Positions 1 to 13,299 of a stretch of 64,000 nucleotides of DNA are shown here, in pieces. Position 1 is the stretch's first letter. Each line of letters begins with the position of its first letter. The notes beneath the pieces were generated by a model that had not been told where the DNA came from, searched no databases, and worked only from the letters and a program-made list of their open reading frames with translations. The stretch spans positions 677,857 through 741,856 of the forward strand of contig NW_003314354.1 in the NCBI RefSeq assembly GCF_000143415.4. Reading direction: 5' to 3'. This stretch comes from Selaginella moellendorffii. Its lineage: Eukaryota; Plantae; Lycopodiophyta. The position numbers were made by a program, and so were the translations under genes.

Positions 1-1
1 T

Positions 2-1126
2 GATGGCCTTGGGAACCGTCTCCTAACGTTAGCCACGGCGTTCATGTACTCGCTGCTCACAAACCGGGTTTTCCTTGTCGATAGAAGAGGCCATCTGTCT
101 AAGCTTCTCTGTGAGCCATTTAATCACTCGTGGCTTTTACCAGAGGATTTCCCGTATCATCTTATTGATAAAGCGCCAAAGCTGGGAACCATAAACAACT
201 CAGAGCTTGGTAATATTGTCCGCCTTTTCCTGGTGAACGCGGAGACAGGAGACCAGCGATTCTTTTGTCCTGAAACAAGATCCGATCTTGAGGATGTACC
301 ATGGATAATATGGGCCAGCAACTTGTACTACGTACCTCGGCTTTTTACGTTTCCCGAGTTCTGGATGCGACTCACCATCTGGTTCCCAGACGTCTCCTTA
401 ACTTTCACACAACTAAGTAAATATTTGTTGTTACCCCAGAACCATGTTTGGCACAAGATTACTCGTCTACGTTCGTCATACTTATCTACACCTGGAAAGC
501 AGCTTGGTATGCAGGTGCGGTTGCATCACAGAGGCGATCCAGCAGTTTTTCATCGTCCTTCACTCGAACGAATCTTGCAATGCCTTACCGAGAACAAACT
601 ATTGTCATCAGTTGTCAATGCAGACTTCGCCAAGAATAATTCCATTAGATATGAAGAGCCAAAGAAACCGATCAAAGTAATGGTTACTTCCTTGCAAGTC
701 AAGTACTATGAAGAGTTGAAAAACAATTTTATGAACTATCCTACTGCAGATGGAAGGCTAATAGAGGTGCACACCTTCTCTAGTGACGGAGTTCAAACCG
801 ACAGCTTAGAACAAGCTGTCAATGCCATGGTAGAAATTTGGCTTCTAAGTACGAGTGACGTGTTCGTTAGCAGTAGCTGCTCCACATTCGGATACGTGGC
901 TCAAGCGCTGGCTGGATTGCGTCCTTACATTCTTAACATTCAAGGCGATGACCTTGAAAACTGCGAGCTAACAGCATGCTCTGTTGGACAATCATCCGAT
1001 CCCTGCAATCACTATCCTTTTTTCAGAGACTGTGAGGACTTGGAAAAGACGAAAGCTCATTTTGAATGGGAAAAGATACACATCAAAGGCTGTCAAGACG
1101 AATGGGAAGGCATTCAGCTGGCATGA
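2..1126 (+). CDS. FUT: Xyloglucan/galactoside 2-alpha-L-fucosyltransferase (GT37), 5'-truncated by window edge
   Basis: Frame open from base 2: DGLGNRLLTLATAFMYSLLTNRVFLVD (GT37 GLGNR motif); also SNLYYVPRLF, LGMQVR, AMVEIWLLSTSDVFVSS-STFGYVAQALAGLRP, SSDPCNHYP and C-terminal HIKGCQD-WEGIQL. Confidence 0.93.
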   Translation, partial: DGLGNRLLTLATAFMYSLLTNRVFLVDRRGHLSKLLCEPFNHSWLLPEDFPYHLIDKAPKLGTINNSELGNIVRLFLVNAETGDQRFFCPETRSDLEDVPWIIWASNLYYVPRLFTFPEFWMRLTIWFPDVSLTFTQLSKYLLLPQNHVWHKITRLRSSYLSTPGKQLGMQVRLHHRGDPAVFHRPSLERILQCLTENKLLSSVVNADFAKNNSIRYEEPKKPIKVMVTSLQVKYYEELKNNFMNYPTADGRLIEVHTFSSDGVQTDSLEQAVNAMVEIWLLSTSDVFVSSSCSTFGYVAQALAGLRPYILNIQGDDLENCELTACSVGQSSDPCNHYPFFRDCEDLEKTKAHFEWEKIHIKGCQDEWEGIQLA

Positions 1127-1662
1127 AAGATGTGGCCATAAAATATGAAACTGCCGAGGAGTTGTCTCTTGGCTCAAAGTTAGCGGCAGGTTCACCTGTA
1201 TAATGATAGGTTAAAGTTTATGACATATCCTCCAGTTTTAATATGTTATATGATGATGATAAACATATTATCTTGCACACTCAAGAAAGGATTATCAAAT
1301 ACATATCATTCAAATAAAATATAGTTACAATCCTAAAGGCGAATTATTGAAAATGTTTGTGATGAAGCATTTTTTATAAATACTCTTAACACAAATGTAA
1401 AGAAAATATTATGCACGTGGTTTTGTAGCATCATGGTATACATTTATAGATTTATTTTTTGCGAGTAGCATGCAATTAATCATAGCAGCGTGTAATCCTA
1501 GTAGCGCTAACCTCTTAAAAAACACCCAGGAAAAACGTGCTAGTCTGTAAGCATTAAGCTTATGTAGCCCCTTTTCTGCATATCACCTAGTTTTTTCATT
1601 TCCGAAGTTATTTAACTTATTATCTTGGAGGTGGTAAGTAAAGTAAGTGTTTGGTGTAAGTG

Positions 1663-1663
<1 letters not shown>

Positions 1664-1694
<31 letters not shown>
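1664..1694. repeat. (TG)n microsatellite
   Basis: Perfect TG dinucleotide run. Confidence 0.95.
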
Positions 1695-1696
<2 letters not shown>

Positions 1697-1822
1697 CTCG
1701 AATTCAAGGCTTTTCATTCCTCTAATGAGGCTGTAACCTTTATGAAGGGGAAAACCAATTGAATTCGGCCTTCATGAAGCAATCCTCATGTTGAGTTTGT
1801 CCCGGGCATTGTGCTCTTTATG

Positions 1823-1922
1823 NNNNNNNNNNNNNNNNNNNNNNNNNNNNNNNNNNNNNNNNNNNNNNNNNNNNNNNNNNNNNNNNNNNNNNNNNNNNNN
1901 NNNNNNNNNNNNNNNNNNNNNN
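1823..1922. other. Assembly gap (100 N)
   Basis: Run of N. Confidence 0.99.
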
Positions 1923-1923
1923 T

Positions 1924-2400
1924 GGCAGCTTGTTGGAGTGCTTACTGTAAAGAAGAAGGGCCACATGATGCATATGTGCATTGACTATTATGCATTGAAC
2001 AAGAAGATGGTAAAAAATAGATTTCTTATGCCACAAACTTGATGATAATTTTTATTGCCTTGCAGGGGCTAGAAAATTCACTCATATAAGCTTTAGGAGG
2101 GGATACAACCAGATCGTAGTACACAAGGGTGGAAGATGTTCCCAAGAGTGAATTCTGTGGTAGACATGGTCACTTTGAGTATTTAGTGCTGTCATTTGGG
2201 TTAAGTAATGCTCCTCCATCTTTCATGCGTTTAATGAGCTTAATTTTTATGTGTTACATCGCTAAGTTTGTGCAAGTGTTTCTTGCTGACATCTGGTTTG
2301 TAGTGCAATATTTGTAGAACACGTTCACCATTTGTAGTTGATTCTTGATGTGTTTTGCAAGAAAACTTTTTGCCAAGATGTAATATCTTGGACATATTTG
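1924..2400 (+). pseudogene. Degenerate Ty3/gypsy reverse transcriptase fragment
   Basis: VKKKG..MCIDYYALNK, RFLMP, GYNQI, GHFEYLVLSFGLSNAPPSF, decayed YxDD (VFLADI), YLGHI; frameshifts and stops. Confidence 0.88.
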
Positions 2401-4699
2401 TAAGTACCTGGCTGGCCCATAGCACACTGTAGCAGAGCTTCCTATGTTAGGTGCAAGCTTTGACCATGTGGTCAACGTGGATCACAGTTCAGCTCAAGGG
2501 TATTTTAACATGGATTTAGAATAGGGACTTAACAATTCACAGTGGCAATGGCATTGCAGTGAGCTGTTGAGGTAGCTCAGGGTTGATTGGGTGGTGAGAA
2601 ACCTCAAGACGAGGCATAACATAATTTAGGGAAGGCTAGGCATTTTATAACATTGGTATTAAAGGAGCTGGTTGTGATGGCTGACCAAGATGAACATTCG
2701 TACCTTAAGACTTCTAGCAGAGACACATCCTTCTCATCATCCATGTTGGTGTGACAAATGCCACTCAAACACTCATGACACTGTTCATTGTTGGCATCAT
2801 CACCTAGAGCTGTGTCCTCCTTGATAGCAGCTCATCTAGAGGCAACCTTTCACAGACCACGGTGCCTTGGAACCATCCACTTGTAGCAGATACGAGCAAA
2901 TGGTCCAGCAACAAGCCATCAAAGCAGCACTATCGACATCTAGCAATCATGGCAAAGCTCCAGCTTATAATCAACGTGATTAGGACTCTTGAGGAAGCAA
3001 GCCAGGCACAAAAGTAGCAGATTGCAGCAGCAACATGGGCTCAGAAGAAGCCCACAGCTCCCCAAGAGTTAGACAGCAAGGCAGATCAAAATGCCACCAA
3101 CTCAACACTCATGGCATGCAAGTTGCCATCCAATTTTTCCATTTGATCCAGCACCATAGAATGTCTTTCAAGTCCAGATACTTTCACCAAGAGACACAAC
3201 AGAAAACTCCATCCAGCACTTGCTCGACACATAAGTCTCCCTCTTGCTCAGTGATGTTTCGCAAGTAGCTCTTGCAAAAGCCTTGGGGCATGACACTCCT
3301 CCAATACAAGCTGTTGAAGCATGCATCTTGCTCATGAAGATGCTCTAGACCATTTTGAAATGTGCCCCATCCTCAATGGAACCTTGACTGTCTGATTTTG
3401 GTTCTATTGGCTATTTATAAAAAGTTTCTAGATCTACTAGTGAGGCACATTTACAGAATGTAGGCATTATTTTGAACATGATGGTGTTATTCCTGCATCC
3501 AGATTCACCATTCTATAATTAGTAAGTTTTTGAGATTGCCTTAGAGTGTAACTCTTGGGACTGGCCTAGCTAAATGCAAAATAAGAAAAAATACTCCTTA
3601 CCTCACTTCCTTTTTCACTGGTGAAAGCCCAAAGTGTGTTTTCATATGGGGGACTTGTGGGGGTTCTAAGCTTCATACCATACTAGTCGGTGGCAAACTT
3701 ATATCCTTGCATTAGGCTGTTGGTATGCTAAAATAGTGTTAGACTTTATTTGGCTTTGTTCTATATGTTGATCTTAGCATTGGGATGTTGGATGTTCTAA
3801 GATTGTTCTAGTGTTGCTCCATGTGTTGTGGAGATAGTTAGATGCCAATAATATTCTGATCCTTGGAATATTCCCTCATTGCACATGAGTATAAGAGAAA
3901 TAAGATAGACATTTACATGAACACACGAATGCGAGAGTGAGAGAGGGTTGAAGCAAGAGCCTCAACAAGTGGTTATGAAGTTTCAAAACCTGTACCCTAT
4001 TAACTTCTTAACTAGTCCCTATAAGTTTCCAAAGAGTAGTGGTTGCTATGAATGCAACAAAGATATTTGCAGATGTAAGGAAAGATTATGATGGATTGGC
4101 TAGAAGGAAGTGGCCGAGTAAATGGTGACAAATGGTCGTGATAGTGATGACATATGATGACTGCCTTAATTCGAGTTTGTAACTTTGGTTGATGGCTTTT
4201 TTGTTGGAAGTATCACTTGTTGGTGATGGCATTTAGTAACTAACTGCAAGATGATATCGGCTTCTAGAATGCATCTTATGGTTGTTTGGTTGCACTTTGT
4301 TAGCTAGGAGTCTTTGGCTGATAATGAGTCCACTCCATGGATTCTATGGAAGGAAGTCTTGATTGGAACCTTTGATCCACTTATCCAATTTTATGATTTC
4401 TACTGCTATTGATATCTTAGGATGGCCTTGATGAAGTGATGTAAAGAGATATGATGAAAGATGATGGTATGTGAAGAAAAAATAGAATGATTTTAGTGCA
4501 AGTATTTGAATTGCAGTATGGGTATTGGAGTAAGATGTGATTGACAGATGAGTTTGTGACTATGATTGAATGGGAATGGAGTAGAGTGGGTGTGGATTGA
4601 AGAGAATGAAAAGAACCTAGAAATCAATGGAGGTAGAGCTGGGAAAATGCAATAAGCTCCCACATGATTGGGATTGATGCTATCTCATGACCAACTCGT

Positions 4700-6285
4700 A
4701 AGGCTTAATTCAGGAATAGGACTTATGGAGGTTGTGAATGAGACTTTTCCAAGTGGTTTAAGATGCAATTAAGCGACTAAAGTAAAATGGAAAATTTAGT
4801 TGCTTACAATTTAGTATTAAAGCTGTTCTTTAGTCTGACCCTATTAGTGGTCAAGTATATCATCATTTGACATTGACATTTAAAGGTCCCATGAGTGGGG
4901 CTATACTTGACAAGTAGTATCCCAAGAGGACATAGCTCTCCACTTTAGTTCATGCGTGAATTGGTAGGTAATATAGTGGATAGAAAAGGGGCTAATATGG
5001 GATTGATTTTGGGATCTTGGGAACAATAGAAAGTTTTACTCAAAGATTTGAGGATGTGATCTTTATAAGTGTTTGACTTAGCAGATTAGCTAATGTGGTT
5101 GTAGTAAACAACTATAGTTGGGATCACAAGAAGATAGAGACTTTGAGATAATAAAGGAGTCGCATGATTATCCTCATATAATTGACTAGAGTTAATGACA
5201 TGGGAGGTCAAATACAAATGAGGACATATATCCTAGAAATGGTATTAGGGCTATTTTTAATAGAGGCCAGAACAACCCAAGGAGTTGGGGTGTGTACTCA
5301 AAGGATGAGTTAGTGTTCTCATTATATGGAAGGATAGTTCTAAAGGGCAAAATTAGCCCATATAGAACAAACATAATCAAGTGTCAGAGTAACCCTTGTA
5401 AAGATGGTCCTTGTGAATAGAATGTGAATACAACAAGTTGTATTCAGATGTGATGGCACCTCAAAAGTAGCTAGGAGGCTAGGAGAATACAAGGAGTCCA
5501 AGATGGAGTTTGAGGAGTACGAGATGAAGTTTGAGACTGAAATTGAAACCGAGATTGAAATCGAGACAATTTCAAGTGTGAGTCCAAGGTCAAGTCCAAA
5601 TTCTAATATAGGTCAAAGGGTGAAAGGCCAAAGTGATCGTCCCCTTTGGGGCGGGGAGGTGTAGGGGGTTCCAAAAGTATAGTAAGGAGAGTGTGGGGGT
5701 TGGACTCCAGTGGAACCAGTTTGGCAAAGAAAGGCTAGTATGACTCAAAAAGGCTACACCGATGTGGTGGTGATGATATAACCACTAAAGAGTCCAAGGT
5801 TAAAGTGAACACAGATGGAAAAGTAGGGTAACTTGGTGAAGTGTTCAAGAGCTAGTTCTAACTCCCCCGAGAGATCAAATAATCTATGCTTCTATTCCAA
5901 GTGTGAATGGCACTACCTACTTGAATACTTAGCATGGCTCATCAAAACCTTACTCTAGCCATATAGCTAGGGCACCCAGAGGCAAAAGGTGGGGGGAGTA
6001 ACCACAAGGCTTGCATTGGGTTGTGGTGTTCTGAAACGTCATCCTAGAGTCCTGGATTGTGGAAAGGAAGAGCAATCCTTTTGTGTAGTGACCAAGGATA
6101 CGGTCACATGGGGAGGAAGTCCCAAAAGTCAATAGGACTTAGTGGTTGGGCATTTAGGCCCTCACTCAGTGGTGGTGTTGGTGAGCACAGCATTGGATGG
6201 AGAGGGACTTGGTGGGGATCAAAGAAGAGACATTGGGGAAGGGTGTTCTCCATATTCTCGGGCATCCTAAGGATGCTAAGGTGTG
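4700..6285 (+). mobile_element. Old, internally deleted copy of the non-coding LTR family seen at 41108-55072
   Basis: 4720-4808 matches the LTR 3' end (ggaaaatttagttgcttaca), followed by a decayed PBS; 4810-5470 matches internal 42990-43660; 5490-6285 matches the LTR repeat tract and mid-LTR. Confidence 0.8.
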
Positions 6286-7529
6286 GTCTTAGACCTTAAC
6301 CCTTTTGAGTAAACAAACCAAACCTATTGGTAAGGTTTATATAGACTATTGTAAACATATAATTAGCTTTTAAACAAAAACAAAAATATTTAGAGAGAGG
6401 AAAGTTATGTGATTAGTGTATAATAGCTACCTAATGATTAGAAATTTCACAATCCACATGAAGTGCCGAAGCCAATCTGTCTATACTAGCCCAAATGCAA
6501 GATCAATATGATGGACAATATCAAAATCATAGTCAAAGATGTCTTAGAGCCAACAAATTATCAATGAATAAGTCTTAGATTAAAACACAAAAGTATTCTA
6601 ATTAAGTTATCATCTAATAAACTAGGAGTATAGGAACCACCAAGATCATTATAATTTGAAAGTATAGGATTAACGATCCAAAAAATTTCAATAGTACATA
6701 TATCATCAATAAAACTCAATGATAAAACATAATTACCAAATATTATAGATAGCATGCTAAACAACTTACAAAAGACAACTTAAAGAACAGAAAATATCAT
6801 CAACTAAATAAGTAAAATGCTTGTGAATGTAAATAAGTGCATGCCTACTGACTTGATTTTCTGCCAAATCAAAAGGATGGTGCATAGAATAATGACATAG
6901 TTGTTTGTACACTGCGGCCAAGAAGATGTGGCAGTCCATGCAGCATTCCAGTTGTATATCGACAGTCTTCCTGCCAGAAGAACAAAGAAACTATGGTTGT
7001 AAATTCAAGAAAAAAGCACTAGATATACCATCAGCATCCACAATATCAAAGCACAGTGAGACCAGACCAGATGATAAGCTTGATCATTCAGTTGCCACGA
7101 TACCAAAAGTCCCTGTGATTGCTTTGGTACTTAACTCCAAACATAAGCAGTGCCAAACTCCCAAAGCTCGTGCATAGAACAGATTGTGTGCCAAACCAAT
7201 CCTTGCCAGGTGATCCCTGCCACAAGCCAAAAAACGATAAGGTGTTGTTGCACATCACAAGAACTTACACAGGATTTTCTCACATGAGGTCACGCAGCAT
7301 CCATGCAAGCAGCAAGGAGAGCGCGAAGAGGCTGCAATACGTGATTCTTGCCGATCAGCAAGAGATGCTGCTTGCTAATCCCTCATAAGCCTGGCAAGCG
7401 CAAGCCGTGCAGCCGGACAAGATGTTGCCCACATTGCTGGGTGCTCTCTAGATCAAGAAGCGAAACCTTGGAATTTGATTACATTGTCCCTCGCTTTAGT
7501 TTTTATAAGTGTCTTCTCACTTCTGGCAC

Positions 7530-8122
7530 TCAAGGCATATGTCAGCAGGCGGATCTCCAGCGAGGAAGGATCATCCATGGCAATGTGACCCAATTCAATG
7601 TGGCAGCATGGCCAGGTCTTCAATGCCATGCCCAGCCAGAATCTCATCTCCTGGAGCACTCTCATGCTGAGATACGTGCAAAACGGGGAATCTGAGCTCG
7701 TGCTGGGACTGTTCCAGCAGCCCCAGCACTGCACCAGTTTGCTGGATTGATCGACTATCCTCGTGGCGCTTACTGCCTGCTGGAATCTGGCTGCCAAGGG
7801 CCAGGATTGCAAGAGCTTGAGAAAGAGCTGTTTAGAGAAGGGGGCAGAAATCCATTGCCTGGATGTGAAGAATGGATTGGAAGAAGATATCTTCGTGGTG
7901 AGTAGCTTAGTAGATATGTATGTCAAGTGTGGGAGCTTGGTGAATGCTTGTCGAGTCCTTGATGGGATTCCATGTAACAATGTGGTGTCTATGGCAATCA
8001 TCCTAGGAGACGGCCAGGTTGGGAAACCAATGGTAGCTTTGGAACTCTTTGCGTTGATGCAGCAAGAAGGTTGTCCAAGAACTTTTGGAGACTATAGGCA
8101 AGTTAGGAGAGGACTAAGCTGA
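7530..8122 (+). pseudogene. PLS-type pentatricopeptide repeat pseudogene
   Basis: ADLQRGRIIHG; NLISWSTLMLRYVQNGESELVLGLF; ILVALTAC; LEKGAEIH; DIFVVSSLVDMYVKCGSLVNACRVLDGIPCNNVVS; in-frame stop and frameshifts. Confidence 0.85.
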
Positions 8123-8434
8123 TAGGATGTCCATACATAATATATTTTGTGTCTCATATAATTTATGGGTTCCAAGATAATTATTGTCCATCCTAGATCT
8201 CCTTGCACCTGAGATAAATTGCCGAGGGCTCTAAAACTGGTGTCATTGCATATATCACAAACACTGTTTTTTTGACAAATTGCAATGGTAATGGCCATAA
8301 CATTTCAAACTTTTTTTTTTTTTTTTTTCTGTTTTTAGTCAAGGATCAGAGCATATTTCTGCAAGTGCTGAACTAATAATAGTGTTATCCTCTCTTTATC
8401 CATAGCATTGACCTTAAACAATATGAACAATTTT

Positions 8435-8645
8435 TCTCTTCATCATTTAATTTTCATAGTAATCTTAGAGTTGCAAAATGTATTACACACTTTTGATCTA
8501 ATGCTAAAGCATGTTCTGGTTGGAAAAGTTTTTGAGGTGTATTAATATTCAATATTTTTTTAAAAATTATTCTTTATCTTTTCCAGTGGAGTTGTATCAT
8601 TCTTGCAAATATGACACATAATTGTGCTCTATTTGGAAACATTTA
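8435..8645 (+). repeat. AT-rich decayed dispersed repeat with an inverted homolog at about 59560-59790
   Basis: ttgtgctctatttggaaac, gagttgtatcattct, gaggtgtattaatat and tcatcatttaatttt all recur in reverse complement and colinear order at 59560-59790. Confidence 0.65.
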
Positions 8646-10800
8646 GCTTCTATATTTCATTTAAAATTAATTTACCTTTTTGAACTAACTGGATATTTTA
8701 GTCATGCTTAGGTAACAACTCTTAGGGATTGACATAATACAATTGCAGAAAAAATCTAGAGCAATAAAAAAATATTTATATAAACTATGTGTTAGTATTT
8801 AAACTAAAGATAAAACCTATGTAAAGATGCTCACAGATTTAATATAATTATGAGCAAGAAGACTAATAGAAAATATATATGAGGTAGATATTTTTTGAGG
8901 TATTACTGAGAAATGGATTTCATATTTGTATGTATATGAGATAGTTTATACTTATTAGATACCAAGAACCATTGTCTATTTCCGTGAGGTTTAATATAAA
9001 TATGGTAAAAATTTGTATGAACTTACTTAGTCAGTTTAATAATAATGCAGAACTCAAGTAGTGAATTTGAATATTAAAATATAAGAATTTAATATTAGGC
9101 TTGTAGAAGGTTATTAGTTCAAAACCAGATAATGGATTTGGTATTTCAAACAAGAAATAAAATATAAAGATGTTCCTACTCTTTTTGAATACATAATAGT
9201 ATTAATTATGAAAGAAACTTACTTATTACTAGAGAAATATTTTGTGATATACACATCTGAAACAAGAAATTCTTGAGGATCAAATATTAGTAATTTTTAG
9301 TAAGAATAATTTTACTAATTATTTATAGTCTTCAAGATTAGTTTTTTCTACAGCATCCATCTTAAAATTAATATAACTATTAGCGGTAAATATGTGAATT
9401 ATATGTTTTTTTTTAATTTCCTTACTGAAATAGATTTTATATTCGGATTATATGTTAAAATGTATTATATTTTATTGTAGTATGTTAGAAATAATTTTTA
9501 TAATTTCTATTTTTATGATTTCTATTTTTAAGATTTCTAAAATCTAAGTGTTTCATGATACAAAAAAAAGGAGATGAAAGATAATATTAGTTTAATAAGA
9601 TCTATAAAGTTGCTCTTATGTGAGATTTTCTTAAAATATTTTTTATATCTCCAGGTGGATGGTAAAACTAGAACTTTGATATTTTACTTTATCTTTCCTC
9701 ATCTTCCATGATTTTTCATTGCATAGTATTATTTCTACATTGGCACAATTAGCCTTTAAGATTATTTATCTATTATATAAGATTAAAAACCTGTCAATAC
9801 ACTAGGAAAAGGGTATAAAAGAAGCACCAGCAGCTTTTTAGATCCTTCATACATACCGAAATAAAAAAAAACTTTAGGCACAAGTAATAGCCAATAAAGG
9901 ACAGTTTTTCTTTCATGTATATAAAATGTAACGATAACGGTTTTACAGAAGGAAATAGAGCACGAGAATTTTTTTCTACGTAGCCCCATGCAAAGCTAGA
10001 AGCGTGTCTCTTCATGTCAAGTTTCATCAGGTCACTTACAGGCAGATGACAATATCGTCAAAGCGATGGAGCTGGCAGCTTCTTTACAACTCAAAAATTC
10101 ACTGGAATGAGAAATCAAGAATGTCTTTATACTTTTCTTTTTCCTTTTTCTGCTGCTCCAGCAACAAAACATGCAGAAGAATCTGGATGACGATGTTCCA
10201 GAACCAATACATGCACCAGTTCTTCCTTTAGGGAGCGCAATCAAAGAGCAGAGGCTTTAGAGCAAGAGGCTGTTCAAGAGTAGAAGCGCCTGGACCACCA
10301 CTACCAGTCCTTTCCTGTAGCTCAGCATCCAACACCTGTAAATTCGGAAGGAGCCGCCTCATCAAAGCAACTCTTTCCAATCAACCTGTGCAGGTTTTGC
10401 AGCCAATCTCTGTTCAACTCAAAGCATTTGATTGTTGATGCCTGTGGAGCCTCCACATCAAAGTCGTTGGTGCTGTCTCAAACCAATCTGGAAGACAGAT
10501 ACTTATTGAAGTTTGGGAGCTCATGTACATTACATCCAGCTTATAATGATCTACTGCATATTTTAGTTTTAGATATGTTGTCAATTTCTACAAAGTTGTG
10601 ATACATATGCTTAACAATGCATATGCTTGTTATTTTTGTCGGATGATGTCTACAATTTAAGATATTTTATATTTTTCCCAGCTAGTCAGGTAAAAGGCTC
10701 CATATAGTAAACCATATGGTAGTTGGGACGGTTTGGACTTAGCGGTTAGATTGCTAGACACATAATTATTGAGTTGGCTGCCTGAATCCTACTGGCGGTA

Positions 10801-12602
10801 ATGCTTCCCCGAAGAGACCCTCTGAATGGCTTTGAGAAATATGCAGGTGGTTTCAACATTGGCGACAAGCATTATTGGGCAGTTAAGTATATCTTTGCTG
10901 ATTTTACTCTCATTTAAATACTCTGATTTTACTCTCATTTTCTACATGCAGTCTGCATTTTATTTAGGTGTATGGGGCTATTGTCTGGCAGTGGTATGTC
11001 TGCTGTTTGGGATCCTTGCATTGGCTTGGCGTTTCTTCCAATGCATCCGTAGCAGGAGAAGGAAGTCTGGACAGTACATTAAGTCCGACAAACTTAGGCA
11101 ATGTGAACTTATAGTTTCTTTACAAATCACCGTCATTGCACTGTAAGGATTGCGACCATTTTTTATTGTTGAAATGGCTTACTTCACCCATAATTGATTT
11201 CAGTATAAGCACTGCACTTGTCTTTTGGGGAAACGACAGTGTTGGCAAAGAACTCGGACAGACTTCACGGATGCTTGTCACAACCTCCAATGACGTCCTG
11301 CATCAAGTTGAAGGAGCTCTTGTTGCCCTGGAAGCTTCGATATTTCCAATGGAAGACCCTGACATTGTCTTTCAAATTCAGTCAGGCTGTGAGCGTCTAA
11401 ATTCGTCTGCAAAGAGCTTTACTAAGAAGCTAGAGATTGCCGAGAAAAAAGTACACTTTGCCTTGAGAATCTTGTACGCATCTACAAACTGTACTTTATG
11501 TTTCTGATATATCCCGTCTTCTCCAGAAACTTGACTATGAAGCTCGCAGGCTCCATGATCACATCAGTCGTACTCATTGGACTTGGTATGTGTATCAAAT
11601 TAATTAATTTGTCTTATACATGTGAAATTATAGTCTGCGCAATGGGTAACCATAGAGGGTTATTGATACTGTAAGTAAGTTTACGTAATTAACGTGATAA
11701 GTGCAGGGAGTTTTACTTATACTACACAGGTTGTTTTCAATAATGACTGTTCTTTTAACTGCTTCGTGGTCATTTTCTGGCCTGAGCTTTGTCCTCTACA
11801 GGTAGTACGTTCTATTTTAAAAATTAAATGGTGTTCATTCTTTGTCGCAGTCTTACAAATGATGCTTGTCAAGCCATGAAAGAATACGATACTAATAAAA
11901 AGGACTCGACTTTCTCGAATGTATTGCCTTGCTTAAGTTCTGGTGAAGCAAAAACGGAGCTGAATGCTGCAAAAGACACAATCAAGACTCTACTTGGCCA
12001 AGCAAACAGAATAATAAATCTTGTCAATGTACAGGAAGCTGTCATTCTTCTTAATCGAAACACAAGCGCTGATTCTATTCCAGTCATGCCATTTATATGT
12101 GACCCTTATGGACAAGCACCAGATTATCTGCAAAACACATGTTCCCCAGAAACTTGTCCAGTTCAAAATTTTTCTTCAGTAAGTGAATGCAATACTAGTG
12201 TGTGGACCTAATTATGCTTCCCAGATCTTTGCACCGTTTCATTGTAAGAGTGACGATCTTACGTACTGCTTTGAAAACAAAACACCTATACCCCATCAAC
12301 TATTTGGAACCGTATCCCAATCAATGAATGCCACTGGGGACATCATTATTGTCCTTCCAAAGTTACACAGCATTATGACCTGTGATTTTGTCAGTACAGC
12401 ATTCAAAAAACTCACTATGGAGCATTGTGATCCCCTCAAGGCGGCTATCAGTGCACTCTGGATTGGGTTTGCAGTTTCCTCGATAGCTATGCTTTCATTA
12501 CAAAATCTATGGCTGCTAATGTGCAGAAATATAACTGTGGAGACAGCTACAATTGCAGGGAAATTTTCCATTTCGAAGGGCCCATATTTCGTAACAATAT
12601 AG
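10801..12602 (+). CDS. Multi-exon plant multi-pass membrane protein (uncharacterised At2g12400/At1g71110-like family)
   Basis: Exon 1 MLPRRDPLNGFEKYAGGFNIGDKHYWA spliced to SAFYLGVWGYCLAVVCLLFG; later NDACQAMKEY..SNVLPC, MPFICDPY, TCDFVSTAF..EHCDPLK..LWIGF; short GT-AG introns. The true start may lie upstream. Confidence 0.8.
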
Positions 12603-13299
12603 GAAATGGCCCGTTATGGTCGTCTCTGAAGGTGGCTAGATTATAGGCATGTAACATGGTCCTTATTTATGCAAAATTAAAGACCACCTGGCCCTTGTTT
12701 CATTTAATCGTATGGTATCATTGGCAATATCGAGGCGATAGCAAGAAAAGGCAGATAGGGCAGACCCTTTCATCATGCTTATGTCATCATCTTCCACAAG
12801 TTGAACTTCAAGTTTCATCAACTTCAGCTGCAAAATGGCTGCGAAAAATCATGATTCTCAATTATGATTTAAAGTAGGCAAAGAAGCAGGACAAAACAAG
12901 GCTGTCATTTTTGGAAAGTAAGTTGTTTTGCAGACCTGGCCAATGATCCAGACATGCCATCCCACACGAAACAAAAAGACCTAGTGTTATAAAAATAAGA
13001 TCTTTTCCCTGGCCCATCTAGAACCTCTGCAGGGCAGGCATGCAGCCAGTCAAATCCAGTACATTTTTATTGTTGGCAGGGACTCATTGTGGTTGAAGGT
13101 CATAAAAAATTTCAGGCTCTTCTAGGCAATTACAGTTGATCTGATTTCAAAATCCAGCTTCTCAACAAGAGAAATAAATGATCAAGGAAGTCAACTCCAT
13201 TCTCCATTCCAGAGTTCACATATGTATACACCAGTCCCAACGTACATCTTCAATGCAAACGACTCAGGATAAAGATCCAGTGCTTTCAGAAAGCCATGG

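Noticed and set aside
1924-2400. RT fragment as the missing 5' half of the 21311-26261 chromovirus or as helper RT
   Set aside because: It lies 19 kb away beyond host genes, has no linking LTR or TSD, and its catalytic motif is decayed.
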